Source: the human T2T-CHM13v2.0 reference genome, Homo sapiens
Length of the DNA stretch: 64,000 nucleotides
NCBI RefSeq assembly: GCF_009914755.1
Contig: NC_060933.1
Direction: 5' to 3' (one strand)
Both the position numbers and the translations under genes were made by a program. How positions within the stretch are numbered: position 1 is the first letter of the stretch; the number at the start of each line of letters is the position of its first letter. Shown piece after piece: positions 1-28,074 of this stretch. The notes beneath the pieces are model-generated. The model saw nothing but the letters and a program-made list of their open reading frames with translations. It had not been told where the DNA came from and made no database searches.

Positions 1-300
1 CACAATTACTACACCATCAAGTTTATTATAATAGATAGAAGCCATTATCTGCTATTTTTAACAAGATTCATAGAGCAAAATGGAAAAAACTAGAAATCAA
101 ACTTACATAGCAACCCACATGGAAAAAAACAAAAAATAAAAATAAAATCAGTGCTAGCATCTAAGAAAACATGTAAATTATCATGTCACTGCTGTTTCCA
201 TGGTAGCAGACTAGTATATATAAAGAATAGATTATAATAGATATAATAATATATTAATATAAAAAAGAACAAAAAGATTTAAGGGAGGAATCAAAAATAA

Positions 301-5535
<5,235 letters not shown>

Positions 5536-5660
5536 TTAGTTTCTTCCACAAGGAATACATTTAAAAATTTAAGTTTTTATTCTTAAAATGAGTTCTGGAA
5601 GTAAAAGAGTTAACTCTGAGATGATTAAGACTTCTAAAATCCCCAACAGAAGCAACTCAC

Positions 5661-5920
5661 CTCAAACAGAGTCACATCTCTGTAAGAAGGAAAACTTTCA
5701 ACCACCAGGTGCATTAACTTCTGCGCACTATTCTCACTTTCTCGGACGCAGTTGAGAAAAGAGCCTCCAAACTTCTCCAGCAGAATTTTCCCGGTTTCAT
5801 TGAGAATCCGATGCCTCTCTTCTACTAAAGGCATGGAAACGTCTGTGTCAGAACGAAGTATATTCCGAACCTGATCCAGGGTCACTGTCGCGTAGTACGA
5901 GGCACTAGTTATTGGTATCC
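5661..5920 (-). CDS. QNG1: C9orf64/QNG1 coding exon 2; remaining exons presumably lie left of the window
   Basis: Acceptor TAAAG|GG at 5921/5920 continues the frame ([25 protein letters not shown]...[11 protein letters not shown]); donor GAG|GTGAGT at 5661; exons 1+2 = 199 codons. Confidence 0.95.
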
Positions 5921-6399
5921 CTTTAGTGAAAAAATAAAATTCAGAGGACCAATGTCATACTTCCATATGCATTAAACCCTTGCTTTTACAACATGGAATT
6001 AATATGAAACCAAATGAGTGGTATAGGAATGCACCAAAAGTGGAAGAATAAAAAATCTAAAGCAAAACTCATTTTCTACTTGTTCATCTGTACTTATTCA
6101 CCCATTTCTAACTATTGCAATATTACATCAGATGTATTCTGAGTAAATTGCTTTATAACATCGGTCCTTTTGTTCTTCAGGTGTCATTCAAATGGCATTC
6201 TTTATAAAACTGACTTTTATGCTACTGTAACTTTTATGCTGCAATGATAAATATTAACATCATTTTCCACTAAAATATGCCCCTTTTCATACTTCTATTT
6301 TAAGCATAAGGACTTGCAACGAACTTCAGGTTCGCTTTCCATTATTCCATCTCCCAACCCGCTCCTTGGAACTCCCCTACACACACCCCAAGTAAATGG

Positions 6400-7420
6400 A
6401 AACCTCAAAGGCCGTTAGGTCCGATGGCAAGTATGGCACCAACCTTCGTCGAGGGCTCTGTTGACGGCGGCGCACAGGGACCAGTACCCACTGTATGTTT
6501 TCCCTCTGTACCTCACCACACACTTGTGCTCGTCCTGCTCCGACCAAAAGGAGAAGTTGAGCGTGTCTGTCACGAACACCCAGTTGACCGCGGCCTCGTC
6601 GGCCGCCCTGGGGTTCAGCTCATGAAGGGCTTTCCACCCCTCCACGCGCAGCTCTGGCCCCGCCGCCTTGGCCAGCAGCAGCTCTGCCACCCTCCGTACG
6701 CCTCCGCTGTCAATAAACACATCCCGACTGTTTTCTGCAATGAATTTAGAGGATTCCCTGGGATTTAGGAGCCCGTCCATTCTGCCCTTTGGGACCCGGC
6801 GGGCCAAACTCTTCCCGCCCTAGGCGGGTCAAGGTCCACTCTGCGCCTTGCGCTACTACGAACCGCGCGATCACAGGGCCTAAACAAGGTCCCGCCCTGC
6901 CAGGGAGTGGCACCGAGAACTTAGTGCAGCCAAGGTAAAGGTTCTCTCCCGCGGCGTTGCCCTGATTAGGAAACCAGAGAGACCCCGGGGCAGCTCGCTG
7001 GGCAGAGGCCGCAAGCACTTCCGGGAAAGCGGTCCCGTTCACGCCCTCTCGGGCGCGCTCTCAGGCTCCGCTTCCGGTTCCAAAGGTCTGGAAACTGCTA
7101 AGGGTCCGGCGTTCACCGGCCGTGAGTTGCCCACCCTGGGAGGTGCATGGCTTTGCCATGTTTTGCCTTTTCTCACCCCGCTTCGGACAGGTGGGACTCG
7201 AAGACGGCGACTCGCCGCCTTGCCCTGGGTCGCGATGCCCCCACCCCGCTCCCACCCCTCTCCTTTCCCGCAGCCTGAGCAAGACGCCTTCGGCAACGCC
7301 CCGCATCCGGGCTCCTTGGCCTCGAAGAGCATTATGGCCGTAGATCTGGGTGCTGAGGACTGAGCCACCCCCAGACTGCGACATGGGCGGCGGTGCCTCC
7401 TTCCCCAAGCCCCAGGGAGT
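6400..7420. promoter_or_regulatory. CpG island / promoter of QNG1
   Basis: High GC and CpG density over exon 1 and upstream; ETS-type CACTTCCGG (~7016) and CGCTTCCGG (~7070); GC boxes. Confidence 0.85.
6444..6780 (-). CDS. QNG1: C9orf64/QNG1 (queuosine 5'-phosphate N-glycosylase/hydrolase) coding exon 1
   Basis: ATG at 6780 starts [21 protein letters not shown]...[13 protein letters not shown]...RALDE; donor GAAG|GTTGGT at 6444/6443; 337 nt, phase 1. Confidence 0.95.
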
Positions 7421-8020
7421 GTTTTTTTGTTTGTTTTGTTTTTTGTTTTTGTTTAAGTGAATTCCTGGCCCATTTGGCCGAACGAACGTTAGGATTAGTT
7501 GGAAGGTTTGGAGAAATGGATGAGGAAACAAATGTGTTAAATTGTTAAATTAACCTTGTGTGCCTGGCAGTGTACTTAAGTACTAAATCTCACCTAGGCT
7601 GGGTCATGACGAAAGCGGCTATTGTGATCCCGCTTTTGCAAGTGAAGCTGAGTGGTTCATTGATTAACCCCCATCACAGCAATGGTTTGGGCTAGGATTT
7701 AAACCTTTGATAATTGAGCCCCCTAAATCGAGGGCACTTTATGAGCCAATCACCAGTGCCAACCATTCTGGTCAGTCAAATAGTGACTATATCAGTGGCC
7801 CTACTGAGAAGACATTAAAAATGAGGAAATAAGTGTCTCACAACTGCAAACTTACACAAGTACCTTATATTAGGAGAGAGGTGTAGAAGCCAATTTAGTG
7901 ATGATCCAAATTTGACTGGTGATGAAGTTTTAGTATAAAGGTATGCATTTTTTTTCCTTTTGGAGACTTAAATCTCCATGGATAACGTTCACATCTTTGA
8001 AAATCACCTATTAAAAATAA

Positions 8021-18045
<10,025 letters not shown>

Positions 18046-18473
18046 AGTTTTCAAGCTTTCTGGACAGCTGGAGGTTAATAAGTAGTACTTCAGAAATATG
18101 AGCCGGGAACCATACTCTGCAGTTATTTTACATTATCTCCGATATTCTCAAACATCAAACTAAAGCTATTTTAGAGAAAGGAACCAAGTAACTCACTCAA
18201 AATTTCTCATAGGTAATGAGGAAAGCTCTGGCTGACTATAAGAAAAAAAAAATTGGATGACTAGGCTCTCATTTTGCTAAATTACCACGTTAATTATGAG
18301 CCCAACTACCACCCCTGCCAGCTTTCACTTATAAATGCTAGAAAAACACTTCACACAAAAAAATACATAAGATTACTATATTTCCTTTTAAGAGGAACGT
18401 TTCAACAAATTTTACAGGTGTCAATCAACCCTTGTTCAAATCGGGCACACATCAAATCTAGCATCATGGGTGT

Positions 18474-18479
18474 TTTATT
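18474..18479 (-). terminator. Candidate distal HNRNPK poly(A) signal
   Basis: AATAAA on the minus strand, GU-rich sequence downstream. Confidence 0.6.
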
Positions 18480-19202
18480 TATTTGGAAGTGAATTTTAAC
18501 TATCAATACAAATGCCAAGATACTACACAAAACATCCACAGGAACTTTTTTCATCTTTTTTTTTTTTGAATTGTACACAAACATTTCCTACATAATCCAA
18601 CATACAACAGAGAAATGGTACATCTTTTTCTTTCAATTTGCATACAATGGAAAAACAAGTATATATATATTTTACAAAGTTTAACTAATAAGACACTAGA
18701 GCAAATTGACAGTTTAAGTCTATAGGTGAGAAATTATCTAATAAAAATAATCAATTTTTTCAGCATTAGTCACTTCCATAACCAAGTGTTATTCTGATTA
18801 ATAAAACTTGCTGCCAATCAGAATTCTGGTATATACTCATACCATTACTCAACTTGTAGTACTGCTCCCCACCTTAGTTCTTCACAACTAACATAGAAAA
18901 TTGTTGAAAAGTAGGGGCAAGCATTTGCAAAAACAAACAAAAAATCCCCAGCTTATTATAAGCATGAATATGTATGATGGAATTTCTTCCCAGCAATAGA
19001 CTTCCAAACCATCAAGAAATCACCAGAACTAAGTTTGCCAAGTTATTTTGCCTATGTCCAACAAGAGATGCACTTATATGTCCAACAGAGGAGCTGAAAA
19101 TTAAACTTAGTGTTTAGTTTGGGGGTGGGTTGGGAAATTCAGCCACCATTTTAAAATGACTGTCTTAAAAAAAAAATGACCACCAAAAATAGGTTCACTA
19201 AA

Positions 19203-19208
19203 TTTATT
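19203..19208 (-). terminator. Candidate proximal HNRNPK poly(A) signal
   Basis: AATAAA on the minus strand followed by U/GU-rich sequence. Confidence 0.6.
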
Positions 19209-19630
19209 TTAAAAATCATAAAACGTTTCTTACAAAAGAGCATTACATTCTGCACACTGCTCTGAACAGATGCCAGGGACATGTGGACTATTGTTACTTT
19301 TCCTCCCTGTCCCACCCCCCAAATGTTACAGTGACCACAAAGCAAGGTGTTCACAATAATTACATGGGGGGAATTTTTTAAACCACCAACAATAACGAAA
19401 AATAAAATCCACTCACTCTGCTGCTGTTTCAAAATTTCAATGTTAGTTTTTGCACGCCCTTCCCCCCCCCAACCCTGTTTGTAAGGAACTAAAACATTAC
19501 ATCTGGTGAACAGCAAAGATTTCACTACACCTCAAATGCAGAACACCTATGAAGCAGAGGAATGTTGGCTTTTTAAACAGAAGCAGATAAAAAAAAAAAG
19601 ATGCAGGACTCCTTCAGTTCTTCACTAGTC

Positions 19631-19661
19631 TTAGAAAAACTTTCCAGAATACTGCTTCACA
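19631..19661 (-). CDS. HNRNPK: HNRNPK terminal exon, distal acceptor (463-aa isoform, ...SVKQYSGKFF*)
   Basis: Second TTTTATAG|TGTGAAGCAG 60 nt downstream; TAA at 19633-19631. Confidence 0.93.
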
Positions 19662-19687
19662 CTATAAAAAAGAAAAAATATCTTGCA

Positions 19688-19721
19688 TTAGAATCCTTCA
19701 ACATCTGCATACTGCTTCACA
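19688..19721 (-). CDS. HNRNPK: HNRNPK terminal exon, proximal acceptor (464-aa isoform, ...SVKQYADVEGF*)
   Basis: TTTTATAG|TGTGAAGCAG; TAA at 19690-19688. Confidence 0.93.
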
Positions 19722-20028
19722 CTATAAAAGAAAAGAAAAAAAAGTGCGAATTAGAATTTTTGCTCGTAACATCTTAATCAACATCAAGACAATTTCAATG
19801 CTAAATTAAAATGATAAACACGTCCATTACAATTAGAAGAGTTCAAAAACCATTAGCAATTACAAATTAAAGCAATGTTAAGTGTCAAGAAAAATGATGA
19901 GTAGTAAATCGGACATTAGTAGAACAGAATTAAGAAAACGGAATTGAAAGTTGTTAATATTTGGTAGAAAAGACAAAGAATGCTAGTAAGGTGTGAAATG
20001 CTGCATTTTACAGCACCAATCATTTGTC

Positions 20029-20138
20029 CTGTAGAGGCATGGCCTGTGCCATATGGCAGACTGTGATTTGTTGTCGATTTAGTTATCTAAAAACAACAAA
20101 ATCACTAGTCTTCCACACAGAACTAGGCCAACATCCAA
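20029..20138 (-). ncRNA. MIR7-1: pre-miR-7-1 hairpin (miR-7-5p 20092-20115; miR-7-1-3p 20052-20073)
   Basis: Minus strand contains UGGAAGACUAGUGAUUUUGUUGUU and the complementary arm CAACAAAUCACAGUCUGCCAUA, inside the last HNRNPK intron. Confidence 0.98.
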
Positions 20139-20435
20139 TGAATCTTCTATATTTTCTACAGGCTCTGTACAATTTTTAACAAGTGGTTTTGGCAGCAGTT
20201 TTCACCAGAGAAATGAGAAGTTTGCTTGGTTAAGGCTTCTTCCAGCAAGATTAGTATTGAATGTCTTCATTTTTAGTAAGAAAGCAGAAGAAAAATTAAG
20301 GCAAACTATTAGAATGTTTAGAAGTTAGGTCCCCAAAAGGTTGAGACACCATGGCTTCTAAAAGAAAAAAATCAATTGAGAAGAAAAGCTTTTTAAAGGT
20401 TTTAGTATGTATAAGCTAACACAAAGCTAAACTTA

Positions 20436-20639
<204 letters not shown>

Positions 20640-20975
20640 TTACGATATACTTTTAACATTTACTACCTGTATTTTCAAGGAGCATGAAGTTATTAATTTT
20701 ATTCATTCAGAATCTTAACTGATGATCTAACGCTCCCTAAACCTGTCAAGGTTTGAGTTATAATGTATTTATGTCACACTTACTAATGTTTCCCTTAGTT
20801 AGTTAAGGGCTCAAAACCTACTTAACTACTTTTATTAATAGCACTGATCACTTGACAAGACTCAAACAGCTGAAAACCCAGCTCACTAAAGCCCATTAAC
20901 ATAACCTCAATCCTAAATGTGTATTTTTGTTAAAACCTTCTGAATTAAAAAATATACAGAAAGGAGGAATAATCA

Positions 20976-21125
<150 letters not shown>

Positions 21126-21177
21126 TCATTTAAAAAGTATGAAATTAATGTTTGACTTCACAAAGGAGAGAACTTAC

Positions 21178-21193
21178 CATATCCGGAGCCACC
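21178..21193 (-). CDS. HNRNPK: HNRNPK exon 14 (16-nt microexon)
   Basis: TTTAG|GGTGGCTCCGGATATG|GTAAGT encodes GGSGY; needed to keep the frame. Confidence 0.93.
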
Positions 21194-21254
21194 CTAAAAA
21201 CAGAAAGAAAAAAATAGAAAATTACTTTGCCGTTGTAATTACTACCGGTACTTT

Positions 21255-21386
21255 AAAAAAATTCATTTAATAAAATGGAGTCTTGCTATGTTGCCCAGGC
21301 TGGTCTCAAACTCTCGGGCTCAAGTGATCCTCCTGCCTCAGACTCTTTTGTAGTTGGGATTATGAGTGAGCACCACTGCACCCAGC
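21255..21386 (-). repeat. Monomeric Alu/FLAM-like fragment in HNRNPK intron 13
   Basis: GGAGTCTTGCTATGTTGCCCAGGCTGGTCTC...CACTGCACCCAGC. Confidence 0.8.
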
Positions 21387-21520
21387 TTCACTATTCAAGT
21401 ATTTTAATCTCATAAAATCCCTCTTCAGGAAACCAAAGTCCTCCTGTATCCTATTTTCAGTAAGTATCCTCAGGGGAATAAAAAACTTACTGGAGAGCAG
21501 GTAAGCATCTTAAATTATCA

Positions 21521-21640
<120 letters not shown>

Positions 21641-21898
21641 TTAGAGATAAAAACATTAACATGAACCCGCATTGTATTTTGTTATAGAGCTGTTTTTAAT
21701 ATGCCTAATTTGCATGTTACATTAAAACAAAAGAGGGTACATATATAGGCAGCAATTTTGTAATCGAGGGGAACAAAGCTCAATAAAGTCGTAATCCTCC
21801 AGCAGCAAATAACAGAATTATTTAACTAGTAATCCAAACAAAATTTACTTGTAAGAAAAACTTTTTAATCACTATAACCTTCAACAAAACGTGAACTA

Positions 21899-22042
<144 letters not shown>

Positions 22043-22161
22043 TTACATGCCACACATATCAAATCAAAGTCTACCTTGTCTACCACTAAGTGCAGCCTCT
22101 TGCAGGTTAATAATTCATAGATGGGGGAAGAAAAAACAACAACAACAAAAAAAACAACTTA

Positions 22162-22470
<309 letters not shown>

Positions 22471-23088
22471 CTAAAAACAGAGATGGAACAAACTTACAGA
22501 CTGAAGAAAAAGAGTCCTGCTTCATACCAATCCTTCTAACATCATCATCAAACAAAATGTAAGTCATTCCCCCATCAGGAGGTACTAGAGACAGAAACAG
22601 GAATTATGTCAACGCTAAAAGTAGCAAAGTAAAGATTCCAAAGAAATCCAATACTTTTGGCAAATGCTAAACAAAAGTGAGTTCTATTGCCTATACAGGG
22701 AGAAGTAATAGCTTGCTCTTACACTTAGATCGTAAGAAACCACAAAGCCCTCCCATTTTACACATGACAAACTACAATGCACATTTCACAACAAGGGCTG
22801 AAGAGATCAGTCTTGGCAAGCCTGTAATCCATACTGAGGCACCTGAGATAGGAAGCCCTGCAGCATAGTTACAAAGACACAAGCAACACTATAGGAAATT
22901 CATTCAAAGGCTCAAAGGCTATAGAAATACCACCAACAAATTACCACTCTCCACTTTTTCAAAACCATTTTTAAATTAAAGTGATGGCTGAAGCCAGGTG
23001 ATAGAAAATTGCTAGGGAAAGGGCAAATAAAGACTATTAGACTAAATGCTCTGAAGCTACTTTTGCAGAAGGTTATCACTTTGTTTCA

Positions 23089-23286
<198 letters not shown>

Positions 23287-23500
23287 TTAGAAGAAAATTA
23301 GCTTTCCTAGGTTCAGTGAAAATTGCATTTGAATTCAACAATTAACCCCCCACAATATAAAAACTTCATTAATTATCACAGGGCTTTGCAATGGTATAAA
23401 AATTTTGACAAAATAACATGTCTAGCAGTGCCAGACATTTTTTGTCATTTGCGATAAGCAATCTTTGGAGGGAACTGAGAGGGGAAGCGAGAGAAGCTCA

Positions 23501-23704
<204 letters not shown>

Positions 23705-24182
23705 TTAGTCTCAAATCAACAATTCCCCAATACACACTTATCTGCTATAAGCATAACAATAATATACTGTTGCAGTGAGCAACCTGAATTTATATTTCAA
23801 TAACTTTACCAGTTATGTGCTTATTATCCTCAATAGCCAGGCCCAAAAAGGACATTCTGCACCACCTTAAAAAACTATTTTATTTTCAGGTCCTGCAACA
23901 CCATACCCACACTGCAGCCATTTAGCATGTCGCTGTTACCACAAAATTATTATTAACATTCAAATAACACCATAATAAAAATGACTGCAAAGCACTTTGC
24001 AAATGTAGTTAATTCCCACTGCAGCATGGAGCAGGGTCAACAGTGAGTTGTAAGACCATTCATGTATCATGTTTTTAAGCCTTTTTCTATAGAGATGGGA
24101 AAAGCACACTATGTTAAAAATATAATCGATCCTATGGGCCAGGCTCCATACTTCAGTGGGGTTCAATGGCACTATGACATAC

Positions 24183-24254
24183 ATTTAAGCATTCCACAGC
24201 ATCAGATTCGAGCGGGAGCTGGCTGGTTGCAGTGGGTGATGGCAACTGCAGGCC
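24183..24254 (-). CDS. HNRNPK: HNRNPK exon 8 (72 nt, frame-preserving if skipped)
   Basis: [24 protein letters not shown]; phase 0/0. Confidence 0.95.
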
Positions 24255-24770
24255 CTGAAAGTAGAAAAATAAGAGTAATAGGTTAAGTGTCTAGCGTGAT
24301 CAGGCTATTGTCGCATATATTGGTAAAGCTACTACAACATATTTTAAATCTATATTATTAAATAATGAGAAACTGCTTTATTCAACATTAAGACGATTCA
24401 AAACATAAAATATTTTTCTCTATATACACCTAGTGAATTATGTAGAGTCTTAAAATCCTAACTAAATCTAACTAATTCTCCTTTTCAACATGTTCCCACA
24501 AATATTCTAATTTTAAAAATCTTTCTGATAACTAAAGCCCATAAAATACATACTAAACCCATGAAAGCACATGACCACAGGTTAAGTTCACATTTACTCC
24601 AGGAGTGGCCAGCCTGTTTTTTTTTTAAAAAAAAAAAAAACAAATTACGCATGTACAAAATTATGTAGCAGGTTAAGATACTGCTACAAACTGTCATATC
24701 CATTGTCTCTCCACCTCCCCCATCATACCCCAATACAACATACTTTAAACATTCCCCCCTCATATTGTCA

Positions 24771-24944
<174 letters not shown>

Positions 24945-25742
24945 TCATACAAACTTTCACAGAGATGTAACACATGATTATTTAATATTCCCCATTTAAA
25001 GTAGCCTATTTATAGATTTCTCACATGCATTTTGTTTTATACCCAATACAGACATGATAACAATATTAGGAGACTTGCAGAGAGACAGAGAGAATGGGCT
25101 TTTGGAAGGGCTCAGATTAAGTGGGCAATAAACTGACCAGAACTGAAGCAGAGTTGAATATTTATGTTCCCCGCCACCACTGAGTTAAGGATACCCTTGC
25201 TGTTACATTGGTAAAACTGGCACACCTTCTCTTAGGCAAAGTGGGGGAATATGCAAGTGGTGAACATTGTATCTGGAGTAAGGTTATGAATACCAGTTAG
25301 AAATTAGATCACTAATGGGCTCTGCAAGAAAACAAATACAAATGCAAGACAAAACAAAGACAACACAAATGAGAAGTGAAGGAAAGTGAACCAGAGTTAG
25401 CATTTCATCAGAAAAAATTATGAACAGGCAATGTTGGGAAGCAAGGTGGGCCACAAAGACAGAGCGAGAGACTATTTTGGTAACAATTTGATTTACAATG
25501 CGGCAAATATGCAACACTTGAAGCTGTGCTCCTTCCATCGAAATAAAATTAGTGGATCGTTTGGGTGGGCAACTCACGGTAAAAGTTCAGTGACAAAAAG
25601 ACTTAATGGGGAAAATAAGACAGAAACTTGAAAAACAATACACCGTCTAAAGGGGATACTATTTAATTATATAAAAGGCAGGTAATAAAATACATTTCTC
25701 TCTTTCTAATCAGGCAGTGAGGCATAAACTGTTGGGACATAC

Positions 25743-25786
25743 CGCTCGGGGCCACTGCTGTCTGGGACTGAAACACTGGCATTGTA
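25743..25786 (-). CDS. HNRNPK: HNRNPK exon 6 (44 nt)
   Basis: YNASVSVPDSSGPE(R); acceptor AATGCAG|TAC, donor GCG|GTATGT. Confidence 0.95.
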
Positions 25787-27275
25787 CTGCATTGGTCATT
25801 GGCGTTCGTGGATGTTGGCATTGGGCATGGGCATTCAATCAGAAGTTGTCAAGTATGGTACCCGTTTGGCAACGAGCACATTTTTGGGCATAGCCAACCA
25901 GGGTTTTCACATGGGCGTTCAGGGGCGGATGGGCCAACGTCATGGTGGGCAACGCAGGGGTAAGTCGATCCAGTACATGGGCAACGGAGATATATGGCCA
26001 AAAAAACAAGGAGAGGGAAAAGGGGGAAAAGCAATAAATTTTAATTTAATACAAACTATACTCATACTCTCAATGAAACAAGCTTAAGTTGTTCTGAAGA
26101 CTAACACAATAATGGACTTCTCTAAATCTGACTGTGGCTTAACATTAAGGACCTCAAATGATGGTTCTAGCCTTTTTTATTTTTTAAGAAAAACAAACGA
26201 TGTTTCAGTAGCAGGCTGGCTCATGAGGGTAGACACAAAACCTGACTCAAAGTTTACTGAAATTCTTGAGGAAATGGGGAAATTAATAACCCAGATAATT
26301 ATACAGAACATCTGGATTAAGAGGAGAGAGGTTTATAAAAGACAAAACAAAAATTCCCACACCACCAAAAACCCTAACTAATAAGACTGGTTTGGTTTTC
26401 TGGAGGTTTTGAAATGCATTCCTAGATCCTAACAGGCAAGTTTGTAAAATTTTAAACAAATTTTCAAGTTCAGTTTACAGTAATCAAGAGGAACATACAA
26501 AGATCTGCGACCAAGAGAGAAATGAAATACTGTCAAATAAGTACTCGACACAAAGTTATTTGCCTCATTTTTAGCAAGAAAAACATTAAGAAATGTGTAC
26601 ACTATGAGAAAAAAAATTTAGAAATTTTGGTGTAGCCAAGTCCTATAAATGTGCTCACTTCTGGCACTGCCAACATTTAATGTGTCTAATCACAAGAGTC
26701 AACCCACTGTAAAATGAAGACTCAAACAAATCATAGGCATTGACGAACAGTTTCCCAATTATAAGATTAAGTGCCTACTCTATTCTTTACCCATATTTAA
26801 ATCATGCAACCTCAACATTAAATTCTTTGTGCTCCATGTGCAAGCTGTTAAAGAACAGATGGACATTTTTCTTCCCAAAGAAAACAAAAAAATTTTTCTG
26901 GATTTAACCAGCCACCTGCAATGGTTTTCAGTAATACTGTAATTGATTCACACACAGGAAATGGTGCAATCAAGGATTTTTACACTTTGTCGCTATTTCT
27001 AATTAAGATGTTATCTTGCTTGATGAAGTGAATAATTTGGTGGACTCTTATTAAAATGTGAAGAGGTTTGAAAGAAACCACCCCCCCACCCTGCTCAATC
27101 TGGGCTTTTGTTAAAACAGGAATGGATAACTTCGAAATCAATTCTGTAATAATAAATTATTACAAATGTCTTTGTAGCTAAACTATGAAATGATTTCTAG
27201 GATGTAAATCTTTAAATTTCTATAGACATATAAACTGAAGCTGCTCGTGTAGTAGTTTAAACTCTTAATACTTAC

Positions 27276-27332
27276 GTCTGTACGGAGAGCCTTAATATTC
27301 TTGCCTCCTTTTCCAATCACTGCCCCAGCATT
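27276..27332 (-). CDS. HNRNPK: HNRNPK exon 5
   Basis: NAGAVIGKGGKNIKALRTD (KH1 GxxG loop). Confidence 0.96.
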
Positions 27333-27966
27333 CTGGAGAAGATACAAAGACAAAAAATTATTTTGCCTTTCCCTAAAATTAATAGCTACCTACGCTCTTA
27401 GATTTTGCTAAAAAATCCTCTAACCTGTTTGTTATAAGAATAAAAATCTATTTGGGGTTGTAAAAACGACCAGGCCAAAACCAAACCAAAAATCAAAATA
27501 TAATTCTAAGTGCTGTGAGGACTAGATAGTTTGGAGTACTCAATGTCAGAAATAACACCAAGTATAAAATAAAACTAAGCACAGATTTTATAGCACCCTT
27601 TGGTAAAATAAGTCAATTAATTTAGTATTAGTAGGTACCTTCATATTGTGACCTGTGATCAAACAATAAACTGCCAACCAAGCAGTTTCCTAAGGAGTCC
27701 ACACATAATTAAGATTTAATCTATTAACACTTTAAGAATCACACTCTCCTCCTAGTTTGACCTGTAGTGGCGGTTCACTACAGCAAGGGCTTTAATCTTA
27801 ACTGTTAGTGGAATAAGAAAACCACCAGAGCCTTCAAGTCTGTTTAGAAAGAACCAAATGTTTTATATTCTTCAATCTGTAAAACTTTGACTTTCTAGAA
27901 AGCCAAACCAGACCTTAATTTCTACCTGAGTATGAACCACCTTCAAATTTTCAAGAATAAAATTTA

Positions 27967-28074
<108 letters not shown>

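Noticed and set aside
7120-7136. 17-nt inverted match CCGTGAGTTGCCCACCC between the QNG1 promoter and HNRNPK intron 6 (25563-25579)
   Set aside because: A single 17-mer match in 64 kb is plausible by chance (rough expectation ~0.2) and does not extend.
25782-26087. 101-aa plus-strand and 61-aa minus-strand ORFs over the GCCCA-rich intron
   Set aside because: Non-ATG starts and no homology recognised; openness is explained by the biased composition of the AG-free zone.
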